A stretch of 63,070 nt of DNA, the filler included, from Reticulomyxa filosa (Eukaryota; Protista; Foraminifera): NCBI GenBank assembly GCA_000512085.1. It is 21 parts of 21 records of this genome, joined end to end, with 100 filler letters (N's around TTAATTAATTAA, not from the genome) between each part and the next. Parts side by side here need not be neighbours in the genome. Positions count along the whole stretch, not along the records: positions 51,130 to 52,290 come from ASPP01016452.1; positions 52,391 to 55,591 come from ASPP01028844.1; positions 55,692 to 58,994 come from ASPP01022576.1; positions 59,095 to 61,899 come from ASPP01011617.1; positions 62,000 to 63,070 come from ASPP01003648.1; 16 more parts are not named here. The stretch is one strand, 5' to 3'. This document shows, piece by piece, positions 51,130-63,070 of this stretch. Position numbers and translations under genes: made by a program. The stretch's first letter is position 1, and every line of letters starts with the position of its first letter. The notes under the pieces are model-generated. The model did not search any database and had not been told where the DNA came from. It worked only from the letters and a program-made list of their open reading frames with translations.

Positions 51130-52228
51130 GTCCACGCCCAGTTCAAAGTAGGCGCGGTACTCTTCCAGCGGGCTGTCCTGGAAGTTGGCCGCCAGGTGCT
51201 TGGACTCGTTGCGGAAGGTGTACGGGTGCACCACCAGGCCCAGTTTGTGGGCGTTCTTCACCACGTCGCTCGGCTCGATCAGCGTCATGTCGCGCTGGTC
51301 AACCACCTTGTCGCCGTCCACGTCTGCAGCCTTGCCGGTTTTTCGGGTCCACCATGGCCTGCCAGCTGATCAGGTACGGCTTCCACGGGCCGATGCCGTC
51401 GGCAAACGATTTGATCTCTTTCAGGCCGGCCGGCGTCAGCATGTCGGCGTAGGTGCGTTTGTCGCCAGCCACCACGTGGTCGTACGGCACGTTGGCATCG
51501 ATGGTGCCATCCGGGCGCACGTCGTTGGCGTCCAGCAGGTACACCAGCTTGTTGGCGGTGAGCTTGCGCAGCTGCTTCAGGTTGGCCGCTTCGAACGACT
51601 GGATGAACACCGGCGCGTCCTTGCGGTTCAGTTTGTACTGTTTCAGTAGCGCCACCAGCGGCTGTTCCAGCGCCAGGCCCAGCTTCTGGTGATAGGTCGG
51701 GTGCTTGGTTTCCGGGTACACACCGATCTGGCGACCCAGCTCTTTGGATTTGGCTTCACGCAGCGCTAGCACTTCTTCAAAAGTAGGCACCTGGAACTGG
51801 CCGTCGAAGGCCTTGCTGCGGTCGCCACGCGGCTGGATGGCACGCAGGGTCTTGATCTCGGCCAGGGTGAAATCGCTGGCAAACCAGCCTTCTTCCTCGT
51901 TGCCATCCACCATCATCTTGCGCTTGCGGCTGGCGAACTCCGGGCGCTTGGCCACGTCGGTGGTGTCTTTCAGATTGGGCTCGTGACGGGCGATCAGCAC
52001 ACCGTCCTTGGTGGCGACCAGATCCGGTTCGATGAAGTCGGCGCCCAGTTCGATGGCTTTGGCGTAGCCCTCCAGCGTGTGGTCCGGCATGTAGCCGGAC
52101 GCGCCACGGTGGGCGATCACCAGCGGCGCCTTGCCATCCAGCGTCGGGAAAACGGTTTTCGGGCCGGCACTGGCCGGTACGGCCGCGGCGGTAGCCAGCG
52201 CCATGGCGATGATGGTCTTCTTGTTCAT
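51130..52228 (-). CDS. Secreted glycerophosphodiester phosphodiesterase (GlpQ-like) on a GC-rich bacterial contig; frameshift near 51340; 3'-partial
   Basis: Signal peptide, [51 protein letters not shown]; AGGGGG SD-like site upstream. Confidence 0.92.
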
Positions 52229-52878
52229 TGCAACCCCCTGAAGTGAAACGTGTCGATGAAAGCTGCGAGTCTGGCACAGCCATGTGATGGNNNNNNNNNN
52301 NNNNNNNNNNNNNNNNNNNNNNNNNNNNNNNNNNTTAATTAATTAANNNNNNNNNNNNNNNNNNNNNNNNNNNNNNNNNNNNNNNNNNNNGATTGATACT
52401 TTGTATTCAAAGAAAGAAACACAACACGAAAAAATGATGTGATTCTTCTTTCCACTTGTTTTTTCTTTTCACCGCCATTCTCTTCTCTTCTATTTGGTCC
52501 CGGATTTCTTTTTTTATTTATTCGTTTTTATTTACCAGACTCTCTCCCTCTTCTGTTTTCTCTACACTATCTGCACTCTTTATTCTCTCAATATTCTCTA
52601 TAGAAAAAGTTGTTGCTGCTAGAAGGTCTTTATAGTGTGATTTATTTTTTTTTTGCCAAAAAAAGTGGCTAATAAAAAAAAATGTTCATTAAAAAATTTT
52701 TTTGTTATTGACTGGTGTTGGGTGATTGTCAGAGAGTTACTGTATGATTTGTTAGCCCTACGTTATCTATGGGGAAATACAAGTTAGAAGAAAAACTTTG
52801 ATTAGTATAAAACTAGATGAAACGTAATATTTCAGCCAAAGTGACTTTCGGAACTGTACGATGAACTTCCGATACAAT

Positions 52879-54177
52879 TTATTTGTGTGTCCATTGTGGC
52901 TTTCTTTTGTCAAGGAAAGCAGAAATTCCTTCTTTGGAATCGGACAAATATAAATTTGAAACCATGCACTGGCCAGCTTTTATGAGCCGCTAGCAAATCC
53001 ATTTCTATCTGTTCGTAAAAGCCATGTTTTCCAAGAGCTGTAACAGCTTTGGATTTGGAGGCAATCTGCAGTGCAACTGCTTCAATTTTGCCCTCCAAAT
53101 TTTCGATTGTATCAGCGACATCATTTACCAACCCAATCTGCAAAGAGAAAGGTATGGATATATCCCCAGCCAATACAAACACAACTCAACTTCAAACCAG
53201 ACCAAATGTATGTACTATATATATATATATATATTACACAATTTGTTCAAACAAACGTGTAACCTCTTTGGCTCTCTTTCCATCAATTGGTTCACCTATA
53301 ACAATCCCCCCCCCCCAATTTTCACTTTATCTCCATCTTTTTGTTTTCTTGCTTCTACTCCTCCTCTTTTGAGGAAAAATAAAAAAGTCATGAAAATCGG
53401 AGCTTTTTTTTTGTTAACCAGTTAATAGCAGTTGCATTACCATTTTTTTTCCAATGACACGAGATATCTCCACTGCAGGGGTGCTACAAAACAGTCCAAC
53501 GTTGACCCCAGGAGTCGCAAATTGACAATCACTTGTCGCATAGGTCAAATCGCACCCTGCTGCCAATTGGCATCCAGCAGCTTATCATTTTTTTTTTTTT
53601 TTTTTTTGATGACATGTACACATATATAGAAATAAGTAATATATTAATTTGTATGTGCACGTTTCTCTCAAAACTTTTGTGAAAAAAGGAGTATACGTAC
53701 CTGCAGCCCAACCGTGACATTGGGCAATAATAGGAATGGAAGATTGTCTAACAGTAAGCATTAAATTTGTACATTGTCGAAAGATTTTGTGTAGGCCTTC
53801 TGTTGCTTGGCTGCTGTTGGCAGTGGTCAATAGCTCTTTCAAGTCGTGCCCTGCGCTGAACACTGGCCCGCTTCCACTTAACACAATCACCTGTGTTGCT
53901 GTCGATTTGTTTAATGTTTCAATACATTGTTGCAATTCGGCCATCATTTCATATGATAGACTATTCCGCTTTTTTGGATTGTTCAACACAATTCTGGTGA
54001 TAACGGATACTTCTCTGACCAAGGCTTTGTCAGTACCAAGTTGTTGCCCTCTGTTGACGCTCCTGAAAATACACGATGACTCGTCCAACAACTGGTCAAC
54101 CCAAAGTTTCCAGATCCAAACACATTTGACACATGTTTTGAACTGAGCTTTCTGTATTGTTTGAAAACAAGATGCAT
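52879..54177 (-). CDS. ECHDC3: Mitochondrial enoyl-CoA hydratase domain-containing protein 3-like, multi-exon
   Basis: LNNPKKRNSLS, GPVFSAGHDLKEL, AAGCQLAAGCDL, FATPGVNVGLFCSTPAV, LLLTGEPI, EGISAFLDKRKPQW; basic Ser-rich presequence. Confidence 0.88.
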
Positions 54178-54465
54178 TATCTTTGGGGAGAGGGATTTTT
54201 TATGACAAAAATTACGAGACAAACCCCTGTTTTCTTTTGTGGTGAAAACGAAACGAAATTAGAAATAACACATTTTTTCCTACTTGCTATTGTATAAAGG
54301 CAGTACAAAAGCTGTTAAATTTTGAAAAATAGATTAAATAATCAAATATCACTTGATTGTTCACAAAATCTATTCAATTTTTTTTTTACATTTGTATTTT
54401 TAGTGGCGGAAATTCGCAACCACCATATTATTGATAAGTCGAAAATAAAATAAAAAATCAATATA

Positions 54466-54689
54466 TGTAGGAAGTCTACAGTGAAGAGCTTCACTAAATG
54501 TAATACGAAATAGTGTTACTCTCAATGAGAGTGACTTTCAGTAAATAAAAGTGAATTAAAGAATCAATCAAAGACAAAAGAAGTAAGAGAGAAAACAAGT
54601 AAGAGGTAGTTTGTTGAGGATGTTTAACCCAAAGGGAGCTCCTCAGTTCCATAAGCGTTCAGCCATGTGTGATAAGGGCTTGCCCTACA
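54466..54689 (-). mobile_element. Solo-LTR-like element, copy 2 (224 bp) with TGTAGG...CCTACA termini and TATA target-site duplication; strand is relative to copy 1
   Basis: Perfect 6-bp inverted termini; TATA at 54462-54465 and 54690-54693; homology to 12499-12720. Confidence 0.75.
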
Positions 54690-55749
54690 TATAGATAAGA
54701 ACAAAGTGTAATGTGAACAATCTTTGTTAGTGCCACAATATGCAATGATATCATTAAATCTATTTATCATTTCATCTGTTGATGACGATATAATCATTAA
54801 CTATCGAGAGAAAATTGTACACAAGTACATTTTATGATTACAGTAATAATTTTGAACATTTTTTCCAGATGTTACATCACACAACTGAATTGTACAATCA
54901 CATAGGCAAAAGCAATAATATTTTTATTTAATGAAAATACTACAGTGTTGACCCAATCAGAATGGTGACAGAAAGCGAATTTGTTCTCCAGATGCAATAT
55001 ACCATCTTTGAACTGTTTTATCACTTGACATCAAAACAATCCAATGCCCATCGCTGAATATCGTATAACTACTTCATTAGCTCTTTCAAATGTTCAAATT
55101 GTTTATACTATTTTTTGAACGTTTATTATAAAAGATTTATTATCAAAGAAAACAAAGTACAAAACGTTTTGACAACAATACAAGATTATTTTTTTAGTTT
55201 AAAATTCGAAGCCAATTTTGCATTATAACGTTTTACCTTTTTCTCTTTCTTAATAATAGTAAATATTAAAAAAATGTTAAACTTGTTCCTTTATGTTGCT
55301 GAACTTAGCTTTTTCTAGTGTCCAAAAATGACAAGAGATCTGGGTATATGATAAGGAAAAAAAGATGAAAGTAATCCACATTGTAAATATAATACACTTA
55401 TATTTATTCTTTTAAACAAAAGTTTGAATGCAAATCTCAAAAAAAAGATTTTACTGATATCCACGCAAAAGAAAAGCAAAATAAGCATACTACAACGAGA
55501 TTTTGGCAACAAAATAATGTTCCTTTTGAGACATAATTAATTCAAAACAATAGTTATCCCCTTTATAAAATATTTTTTTTTTTTTTTTTTTNNNNNNNNN
55601 NNNNNNNNNNNNNNNNNNNNNNNNNNNNNNNNNNNTTAATTAATTAANNNNNNNNNNNNNNNNNNNNNNNNNNNNNNNNNNNNNNNNNNNNGATCCTGTA
55701 CAAAAGACAAACAACATATAAATATATTTTAAAAAATAAAATAAAGTAA

Positions 55750-56839
55750 ACATACCATTTCTGCTCCTTTCGGAGACGGGGTGTGGTTTTTTACCCCATT
55801 CTGCTGGTGTTGGTGTTACTGTTGTCATCATCTGTATATTTTTTTCAATAACATACACAACATAAATAATGTACATTATACATTTTTTTGTGGATATACA
55901 TCAAAAAAGTATTTATACATATATACGTATGTAAAAAAATTGTGAATATACCACTTGGCCGTATCGAAATCGCGCAAGATCAACTGGCCATTCGTGTTGT
56001 TGTTGTTGGCAGTCGTTGTGCACACGTGCTGGTCATTGTATGCTTCAACGGAGTTCCACAGCCAAAGCATTGAGACAACGCTGGCCACACAAACATCATT
56101 ATACAATCAATAAGGCTCATCATTTTGTAGACATTGACATGAGCCAACACCAACATGATGCCACCTGGACCTTCAATCACATTATTCATTGTCTTGCATA
56201 AAGACAACAGCATATCAACACTAGCCGTATTATGGTCAAATAAGCTGTTATGATCTGAAAACGGCCATATAACCATTTCCACTTGCCATAACGCCAGCAG
56301 TGCAAATAATTCTATCGCTTGTGCGTAGATTATTGCACCTGCTAGCATTTTCATGGACGTGCAAATTGTTATTGTGGCCATAATTGAACAAATCGTTATT
56401 GCTTGAAGCCATATCATGCAATCTATTGTATGTATACGTATAAAAAATTGAAATAAGTTTTTGTTTATTTTTATTAAAATTTTTTTTTATATGTCATTCT
56501 TTTGTGGTTTTTTTTTAATTGAAAGATGCAGATGAAGTAACTGGAACAAATAGTCACACAATATCGAGTGACACCATATATTTTTTTTAACATAGGCAGT
56601 GATCGGGTGAGAACGAATTGAATAAACTGCATTCGATTTGCTTTTGGTGTGCTGGTGGTTGCTGTTGTAGTTGTTGATGTGTTGATCAGTGATGTAGTGG
56701 TGGCTAGTGCAGTGGTGATATTCATTGAACGTGGCCGTTGCTTTGTATTTTGTTGAGTAGTGAGGCCAGAAGCATGTAATAATTTGAAATGGATGATTTG
56801 GATAACATCCTCAAGTGACAATTGAAATGGCGTGTTCAT
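55750..56839 (-). pseudogene. Multi-exon hypothetical gene or pseudogene, apparently related to 20000-20310
   Basis: Collinear ORF pieces with intron-like gaps; last visible exon shares a ~35-nt motif with 20267-20299. Confidence 0.35.
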
Positions 56840-57292
56840 TCAACGCCAACACCAAAGAGCTTCGAACGTCGTCAAAAAAAAAAGAAAAAAGTATTTTTAT
56901 GACGATCAAATATCACAACTTTCAATAAAGTAAGTTTGTAATTTTCAATTTTAATCAGCATATTTTGTCAAAGTAATTTGCTTTTAATCAATACATTTTA
57001 TCGAGACAACGGTCCTTTTTACAGTAAACAGGGAAAAAAGTTCTAGACTTAAAAAAGGTGTTTTTTAGATAATACTAAAGCTATTGACATTTAAACAAGA
57101 TCTTTAAAATCAAAAAAGTACAGCGTTATTGCTACTTGCCATCTATAACTTTATGATTTTTGGCTTACACGTTGTCACAAGGAAAATACCGTACAAGAGC
57201 ATCAAGTTAAGTTTGAATGTTATCTACAACTTTTTTTTTTGTTAACTTGTGAAATAAACGATATACACAAAAAAAAAAGAACAGATTTTAAA

Positions 57293-57660
57293 ATGGAACA
57301 ATATATTACAGAAACGAACACTAAGTCAACAAGTACAATAGTTTGCAGGTACCAAAGGGAAGGAGATGATATATTTTGTTTATACTTTATTTTAACACTG
57401 AACTTTGATGATGAAAAACGTGGCAAAAGATTGCACTAAATGATTTGGGAGACATTCCAATGATCTATTGATATTGTGGATTGCATACTTTGTGGATATT
57501 AGTGATAACACATCTAATGATGGAACTGTTACCCTTGCAATCATTCTTACTGTTGGAAGGATTGTACATTCATTTTGCTATATCTACGAGCTTATGCCTT
57601 GGCTACTTCTTGGCTGTTTTTTGGGCAAACAATTAACATTTTAGTTGGTGTGCATGAATT
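57293..57660 (+). pseudogene. MAPEG-family (microsomal GST1/PGES-like) pseudogene
   Basis: Broken frames give DDEKR..RIALNDLGDIP, LLILWIAYF, LAIILTVGRIVHSFCYIY.LMPW. Confidence 0.65.
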
Positions 57661-59813
57661 ATCTTGTCTTAGAGAGAAACTTTGGTAGGAGCAATTGATC
57701 CAAGCTGAGTATTTATATAAATTCAGAATTTGAACCATTTAAAGAAAAAAGAAAATTTCAAAATGTTTTGCAAGAATAGCACAGCACAAATTGTCAATGA
57801 TTAAAGGCAATCGTTTATATATTTGAATATTATCGCAAAGAATAACAACAACGACAATAATGGCAACAAAAGCACAAAATCAATTTGCGGCGATGCCGAA
57901 GACAGAAGAATAAAAGATCACGAGCAAAAAAGATTGAACTTGGTGACAGATATCATTAACAGCAAAGAAAATGAGAAAATGATCCGGACAGAGGTCATGA
58001 AGTACGTGCGCCTGTCGAATATGCAAATCACCAGAATTCATCCACAATTTCAAAAATCGTATTTGCAAAAGTACAAAATCAACAAAGTATCTAATGACTC
58101 GATCTCTTTTGTGGTTGTTGACATTTTCAAAATTATAATCTTTGACCGGTGCAGAATAGATAACAGTATTCTATGGTAGCGTGTCTCTAAATTTATGGGA
58201 TATGGTGAGCACGTAAATTTATATTGTTTTGCTCCAAGATCGTACAGTGGATTTGGAGTGTTTGTACCTATATTCTTTCATTGGAAAGGACTTGACCACG
58301 ACAATCTCCTCTTTCAAATCGAGGTTGATCTTTTGTAGAAACATGGACATATACACTGAAGATGTTTTCAAACGGATTAACACAGCCGACAGCGCAACCA
58401 TTTTTATCTTGCACATTCAATCCAATTATTGCTCCATTGTTTCCCACCCTTTCGTCGGTCTCCAACGTCTGAACGTATTTCGTCGTTTGCTGAAATCTGA
58501 TATGAAGATTCCATTTGAATTTTACGTATACGAGATACCAACAATATATCACATAACATCTTCTTACGCCTAACATATAAATCTTCACTGAAACTGATGG
58601 TGACACTGCAAAAATCAACACAAATACCAACGACAACAGTTTGAATATCTGTGTATTGAACAAAAATCAACTTTTCAAATGTTAATACAATATATAAGCT
58701 CTATTACATTCACGACTTGCTGAGAACGTATGAACAATGATTGATCATTACCTTCAATTTGTAATCTGGGATTTCAATTGCTGCAGAATCTGGATATGTT
58801 TACAAATTGAACGCCACCTCCAAGATGTGCACGATTCTTGTTTTGTTTGGGAAAGCAAATCGATTTTAATCCAAACAAACAATTTTCCAAGCAATGATTC
58901 AACATCAGGTTCCACATGCCCAGCATCACCATCGAAAGGAATTCCGGCGTAACAAAAGTGTCGCGGCTAGCGTTAACATGTGCAAAAAGGCCAANNNNNN
59001 NNNNNNNNNNNNNNNNNNNNNNNNNNNNNNNNNNNNNNTTAATTAATTAANNNNNNNNNNNNNNNNNNNNNNNNNNNNNNNNNNNNNNNNNNNNAAAAAA
59101 AAAAAAAATAACAGTAACAAACACAGAGACCTGCTGCACAAATTTATCACCGAGAGGATCACGAAAGTGACTTTTCGAGTGATGCGTACCACCCCAAATT
59201 ACGTTTCAACATTCTATGTGCAAAACGAGTGACAGAGTTGTCATCTGAAACCATTCGCTGTGAACGTGTGGCAACAATAGCAATGACAATGACAATGACA
59301 ATGACAATGACATAGTAAATATGTGCTTGTAGTTGTTGACGACAGAGTCGCACGAGAGAAGCTCACAGCAAATATAAGATAATCTTATTCCTTCAATGCC
59401 TTCAAAACTTGGTTCGTATATATTTTTCCATTGACTTAAGTAAAATGCTTGAAAGACAAATGATAAATAAGACATTGCTTTGATTTTAATAAAACAGAAA
59501 AAACGTGTAATATATTGAAGTCCTGCAGAAAGACAACAGATTTAATATGGAGAAGACAATGCTGGATTTATCATTATTAACATTAAATAATATTATTAAT
59601 ATTAATATTAATATTCATTAATTAAATTAAAAATTAATAAATTAAAATATCACACAAACAAACAAAATTGAATCTAAAAAAAAAAAAGAAAAACAACAAA
59701 ATCAAAAATTAAATAAAACGATAACCGGCATCTTGCCAATTCCATTTCCAAACTATTGTAAAGAAACACAAGCATTACAAGATATGGTATCGTTATGAAT
59801 CAACGTATATATG

Positions 59814-59851
<38 letters not shown>

Positions 59852-62027
59852 TAACAACTTGAGAAGACGCATTTCTACGCTTTGACGGCCGTTGCTCCTT
59901 CATTGCTGCGTTGGCCACTTTTGTCGTGAGGACTGAAAGCAGGCAATGGCACAATCATGTGTTTGCTTGCTACGTCCTCTATTCTTAATGTAAGAAGATT
60001 GAGGGGGGAGGAGGACCACTTAAATCGGATGCAATGCATCCTTAACGCGCGCGCAAAATCTAATGGCACAAGCCACATGGCTGTCCATAGATATGCGTGT
60101 CGTCTAGAGTCGTCATCGTTGTCATTTGTCCACATTCGTGGACAGTATCTCTCTCATTGCAGGACTGGTTTGGCATCGACGACTCCTATGATGCGAACGT
60201 CGCAGTGATCCTGGCGTGCTGCAGCAACATGCACTTTGAAGGTGAGCCATATGTTTTCCGGACAGGAATAGGATCCACACAGGAACCAAATACAATCATA
60301 ATAATCAATTCCATTAAAATCAGGAACAATTAAAAAAAAAATAATTAAAACACACTAAAAAAAAAAGTTAATCAAAACGCACACACACACACACACTGCA
60401 AACAAAAACGAACGGTGAACACTCACTATAATCTTTTCTATACTTCCTTAAAAAGAAAAAATGATGACATTGAAAAAAAAAAAAAATAAAATAGCAAACT
60501 AAAGTAAAGTAAAATACAAAAAAGAGAACAAAAGTGAAAAAAATTTGCAAAAGGAGAAGTAAAGATGCAAAAGGGGGAATAATAGCAACGAGTGAAAACA
60601 GTTGCAAAAAAAAAAAAAAAAAGCAACTGGTGCCAAAAAAAAAAAGATAAATTTAAAAAAAGAAGATGACTGGAGCGCAATCACGATTTTGGACCAATAA
60701 ATCACACTTCCATCGATTCCACAAATCAATCGATAACCACACCAAATCTATTCACACAAAACATAACAAGTAATTTAGAATACTGTAAAATACAAACATG
60801 TATTGCATAAAAATAACTTGCGAATACGTAGTGATATCGCAGAACGGCCGTCGTCAGCCGAATTGATGGGCGCACATTGGCATCAAACTTGGTCTCTCTT
60901 CGCCCTTTGTTAACACGGCCATACCGACCGGTAACACCAAGGGGGAGAGACATTATTTTTAATGTCCATCCTCAGATGGACACTGCCATAACCAATCCTG
61001 CAAAGTATTAGCTGTCGATGACGCTCTTAAGCAAACTTCTGTCGCGTGGCCATTGTTTGCTTCAATCACCGACGCGCCCGTTGCACGCATAATTGCGATC
61101 ATATGTCGCTATCGTAATAGGCGCGCTACTGCGCTAGCGGCTGACTGGCTCCTTTGTACTGGGACCCACCACCAGAGATCACCAAATATATCCATCTGCA
61201 ATCAAATAACGCCGGATCACAATCTCAATACCCACCACAATCAATACTCCACCACGATCACCACACCACACGACTTCACATCCACGTCTTTACTACGAAT
61301 GAATCGTCGACTCTTTATTTTATTTGTAGTGAGTTTCCACAACTCCAAACCCTCAAGTATTAAAAACAAAAAAAAAATGTTTGTTTAACCTTTTTCGAAT
61401 GAGAGTGGCGCAGATATCAATATTGATCTCTCCACAACTATCGCCGGACACGAACACGAACGAACGGTTTTGGAAAAAGGGAAGAAAGCGTTCAGTTCAA
61501 CTTTTTTTTTGTCTTAAGAAATAAGTTGTTTTTTTTTCAATTCAAATAATTTAATTTTTTTTCAAATGAATTCTGTTATTTCATTGTAATAACTTTTCAC
61601 AAAGGAAATATTTGCATTAACACGAAAAATATTGTATATGTTCGTTGTACTACAAAACTTTGAAAAGATGTTAAATTTTTTACTTATTAAGCTCCGAAAT
61701 TTAACAAACAAGTTATTCTATTCTTTTTTGTTGTCTCTTTTTAATACACTCAAGACATTCGATCTTTTTTTCATCAAACTTTCAAAATGTTGCTCTTTAA
61801 TGTAAGTAATACTCTTCTTGAGTTAAAAAAACGATAGAATATGGTATCTACATCAACACTAAGTAAAGTATATTGAATAAAAGTTTGAAAGAAAGTTTGN
61901 NNNNNNNNNNNNNNNNNNNNNNNNNNNNNNNNNNNNNNNNNNNTTAATTAATTAANNNNNNNNNNNNNNNNNNNNNNNNNNNNNNNNNNNNNNNNNNNNC
62001 AAAAAAAAAACACACGTTACAACATAG

Positions 62028-62501
62028 ATTTGGAGGCTGGTGTTGGAAAACTATTGAAGATGGCGATGATGTATGTCATCAGATGTCTGTTGATCCTTTG
62101 GATCCAATAGATGCGATGACAGAACGGAGCCAATCAACACCACCAATTTTATGGATGTTGACCCAATGGAGGTCACATCCAATCCATTTATAGACCTCGA
62201 TCCCGCCGAGGTTATAGTTTATTATCCATCTGATCCAATTGACTGGATGGACATAGACATGCTGGCATCATCGGATGAAATAATAAATATAGCGGATGAC
62301 GATGATGACCAGCATGTCAGGCTGATCCCAAATCCCCTAGAGGATATTAAAATGGTTGATATTTATTTATCAACATCAAAAAAAAGATGGGGATCAGCCA
62401 AAATTGGAGCCGGTAAGAAAAGGTTGATTGCACCGGCTGGAGCAGCATTAACAAAAAGAATGCGCTCCTCCAAAAAAATCGCAGTTACGTATTCTATATA
62501 A
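62028..62501 (+). CDS. Last exon of a hypothetical protein with acidic M(D/E)xD repeats and a basic tail
   Basis: ORF 62151-62501 extendable through one T-run frameshift to an AG acceptor near 62027. Confidence 0.4.
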
Positions 62502-62869
62502 ATTTGTTTGTACTTATATATTAAAAATATTAACATAAAAATAAATACATAAAAATATTACTTAAACAATAAAACAGGTCCAAAACTTTAGATTGAGCAA
62601 AGTGCTCTACAAAAAATTTTAATGACCCACAAAGTGGGTGCATCCATAGGGTGCAAAGCACCATATTATTTTTATTTTTTTTTACCTTTAATTTTAATTT
62701 TTTCCCCCTTAGGCTCTCCCCATTACCTTTATTTTTTTTCTCCCATTACCTTTATCTTTTTTCTCATTACTTTTATTTTTTTTTCACTTAGTTATTTTTT
62801 CTTTTTTTAGAGGGATGCAGTGTCACACTAACTCAGTGGTGACATTAAATGGAGGGATATACGTAGAGT

Positions 62870-63070
62870 GGTTGTGGTGACTTGCCAGCTTTCTGGCACA
62901 GGTGTGGTGTGCTAGTTTTTAGCACTGGTGTGGTGTGTTAGCTTTCTAACACTGGTGTGGTGTGCTAGTTTTCTAGCACTGGTGTGGTGTGCTAATCTTT
63001 TAGCACTGGTGTGGTGTGTTAGCTTTCTAACACTGGTGTGGTGTGCTAGTTTTCTAGCACTGGTGTGGTG
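62870..63070. repeat. 27-bp tandem array of palindromic units GGTGTGGT-GTGYTAR-N4-YTARCAC-T, running off the window end
   Basis: Units start at 62901, 62927, 62954, 62981, 63008, 63035, 63062, with a diverged unit at ~62870-62900. Confidence 0.95.

Noticed and set aside
51185-52283. Overlapping alternative ORFs in the GC-rich contig
   Set aside because: Expected stop-poor shadow frames of a high-GC gene
62901-63070. CRISPR array or telomere
   Set aside because: No unique spacers and no cas genes; the 27-bp palindromic unit with variants is unlike a simple telomerase repeat

Overview
This window is not one locus. It is 21 unrelated short contigs joined by 20 identical artificial 100-nt linkers (N44-TTAATTAATTAA-N44), so gene neighbourhood means nothing across a linker. 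Most contigs are AT-rich, intron-containing eukaryotic DNA with long homopolymers, poly-Asn tracts and many decayed gene copies. The expanded WD40 and kelch-like families and the intron style suggest a rhizarian, probably a foraminiferan such as Reticulomyxa (inference). Recognisable host genes include a Kv-beta-type aldo-keto reductase, TDP2-like EEP, a FYVE+ELMO protein, ITPK1, ECHDC3, two 7TM proteins, an atypical Rab, an HSPA12-like protein, vWA proteins, a SecA-like helicase+vWA fusion, kelch and WD40 proteins. Two contigs are bacterial: an AT-rich Rickettsiales-like piece (GT2-LOG-psd-pssA-SLT, 16346-19891) and a GC-rich proteobacterial GDPD piece (51130-52290). Many frameshifts sit in homopolymers and are probably sequencing errors. 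The most interesting signals are: (1) a terminal 27-bp tandem array in which every unit is a hairpin kept intact by compensatory substitutions, preceded by CAAAG-core mini-hairpins; (2) two copies of a ~223-bp TG...CA solo-LTR-like element; (3) introns ending in poly(A)-AG instead of a polypyrimidine tract; (4) a eukaryote-type SecA-like/vWA fusion; (5) several apparent pseudo-enzymes.
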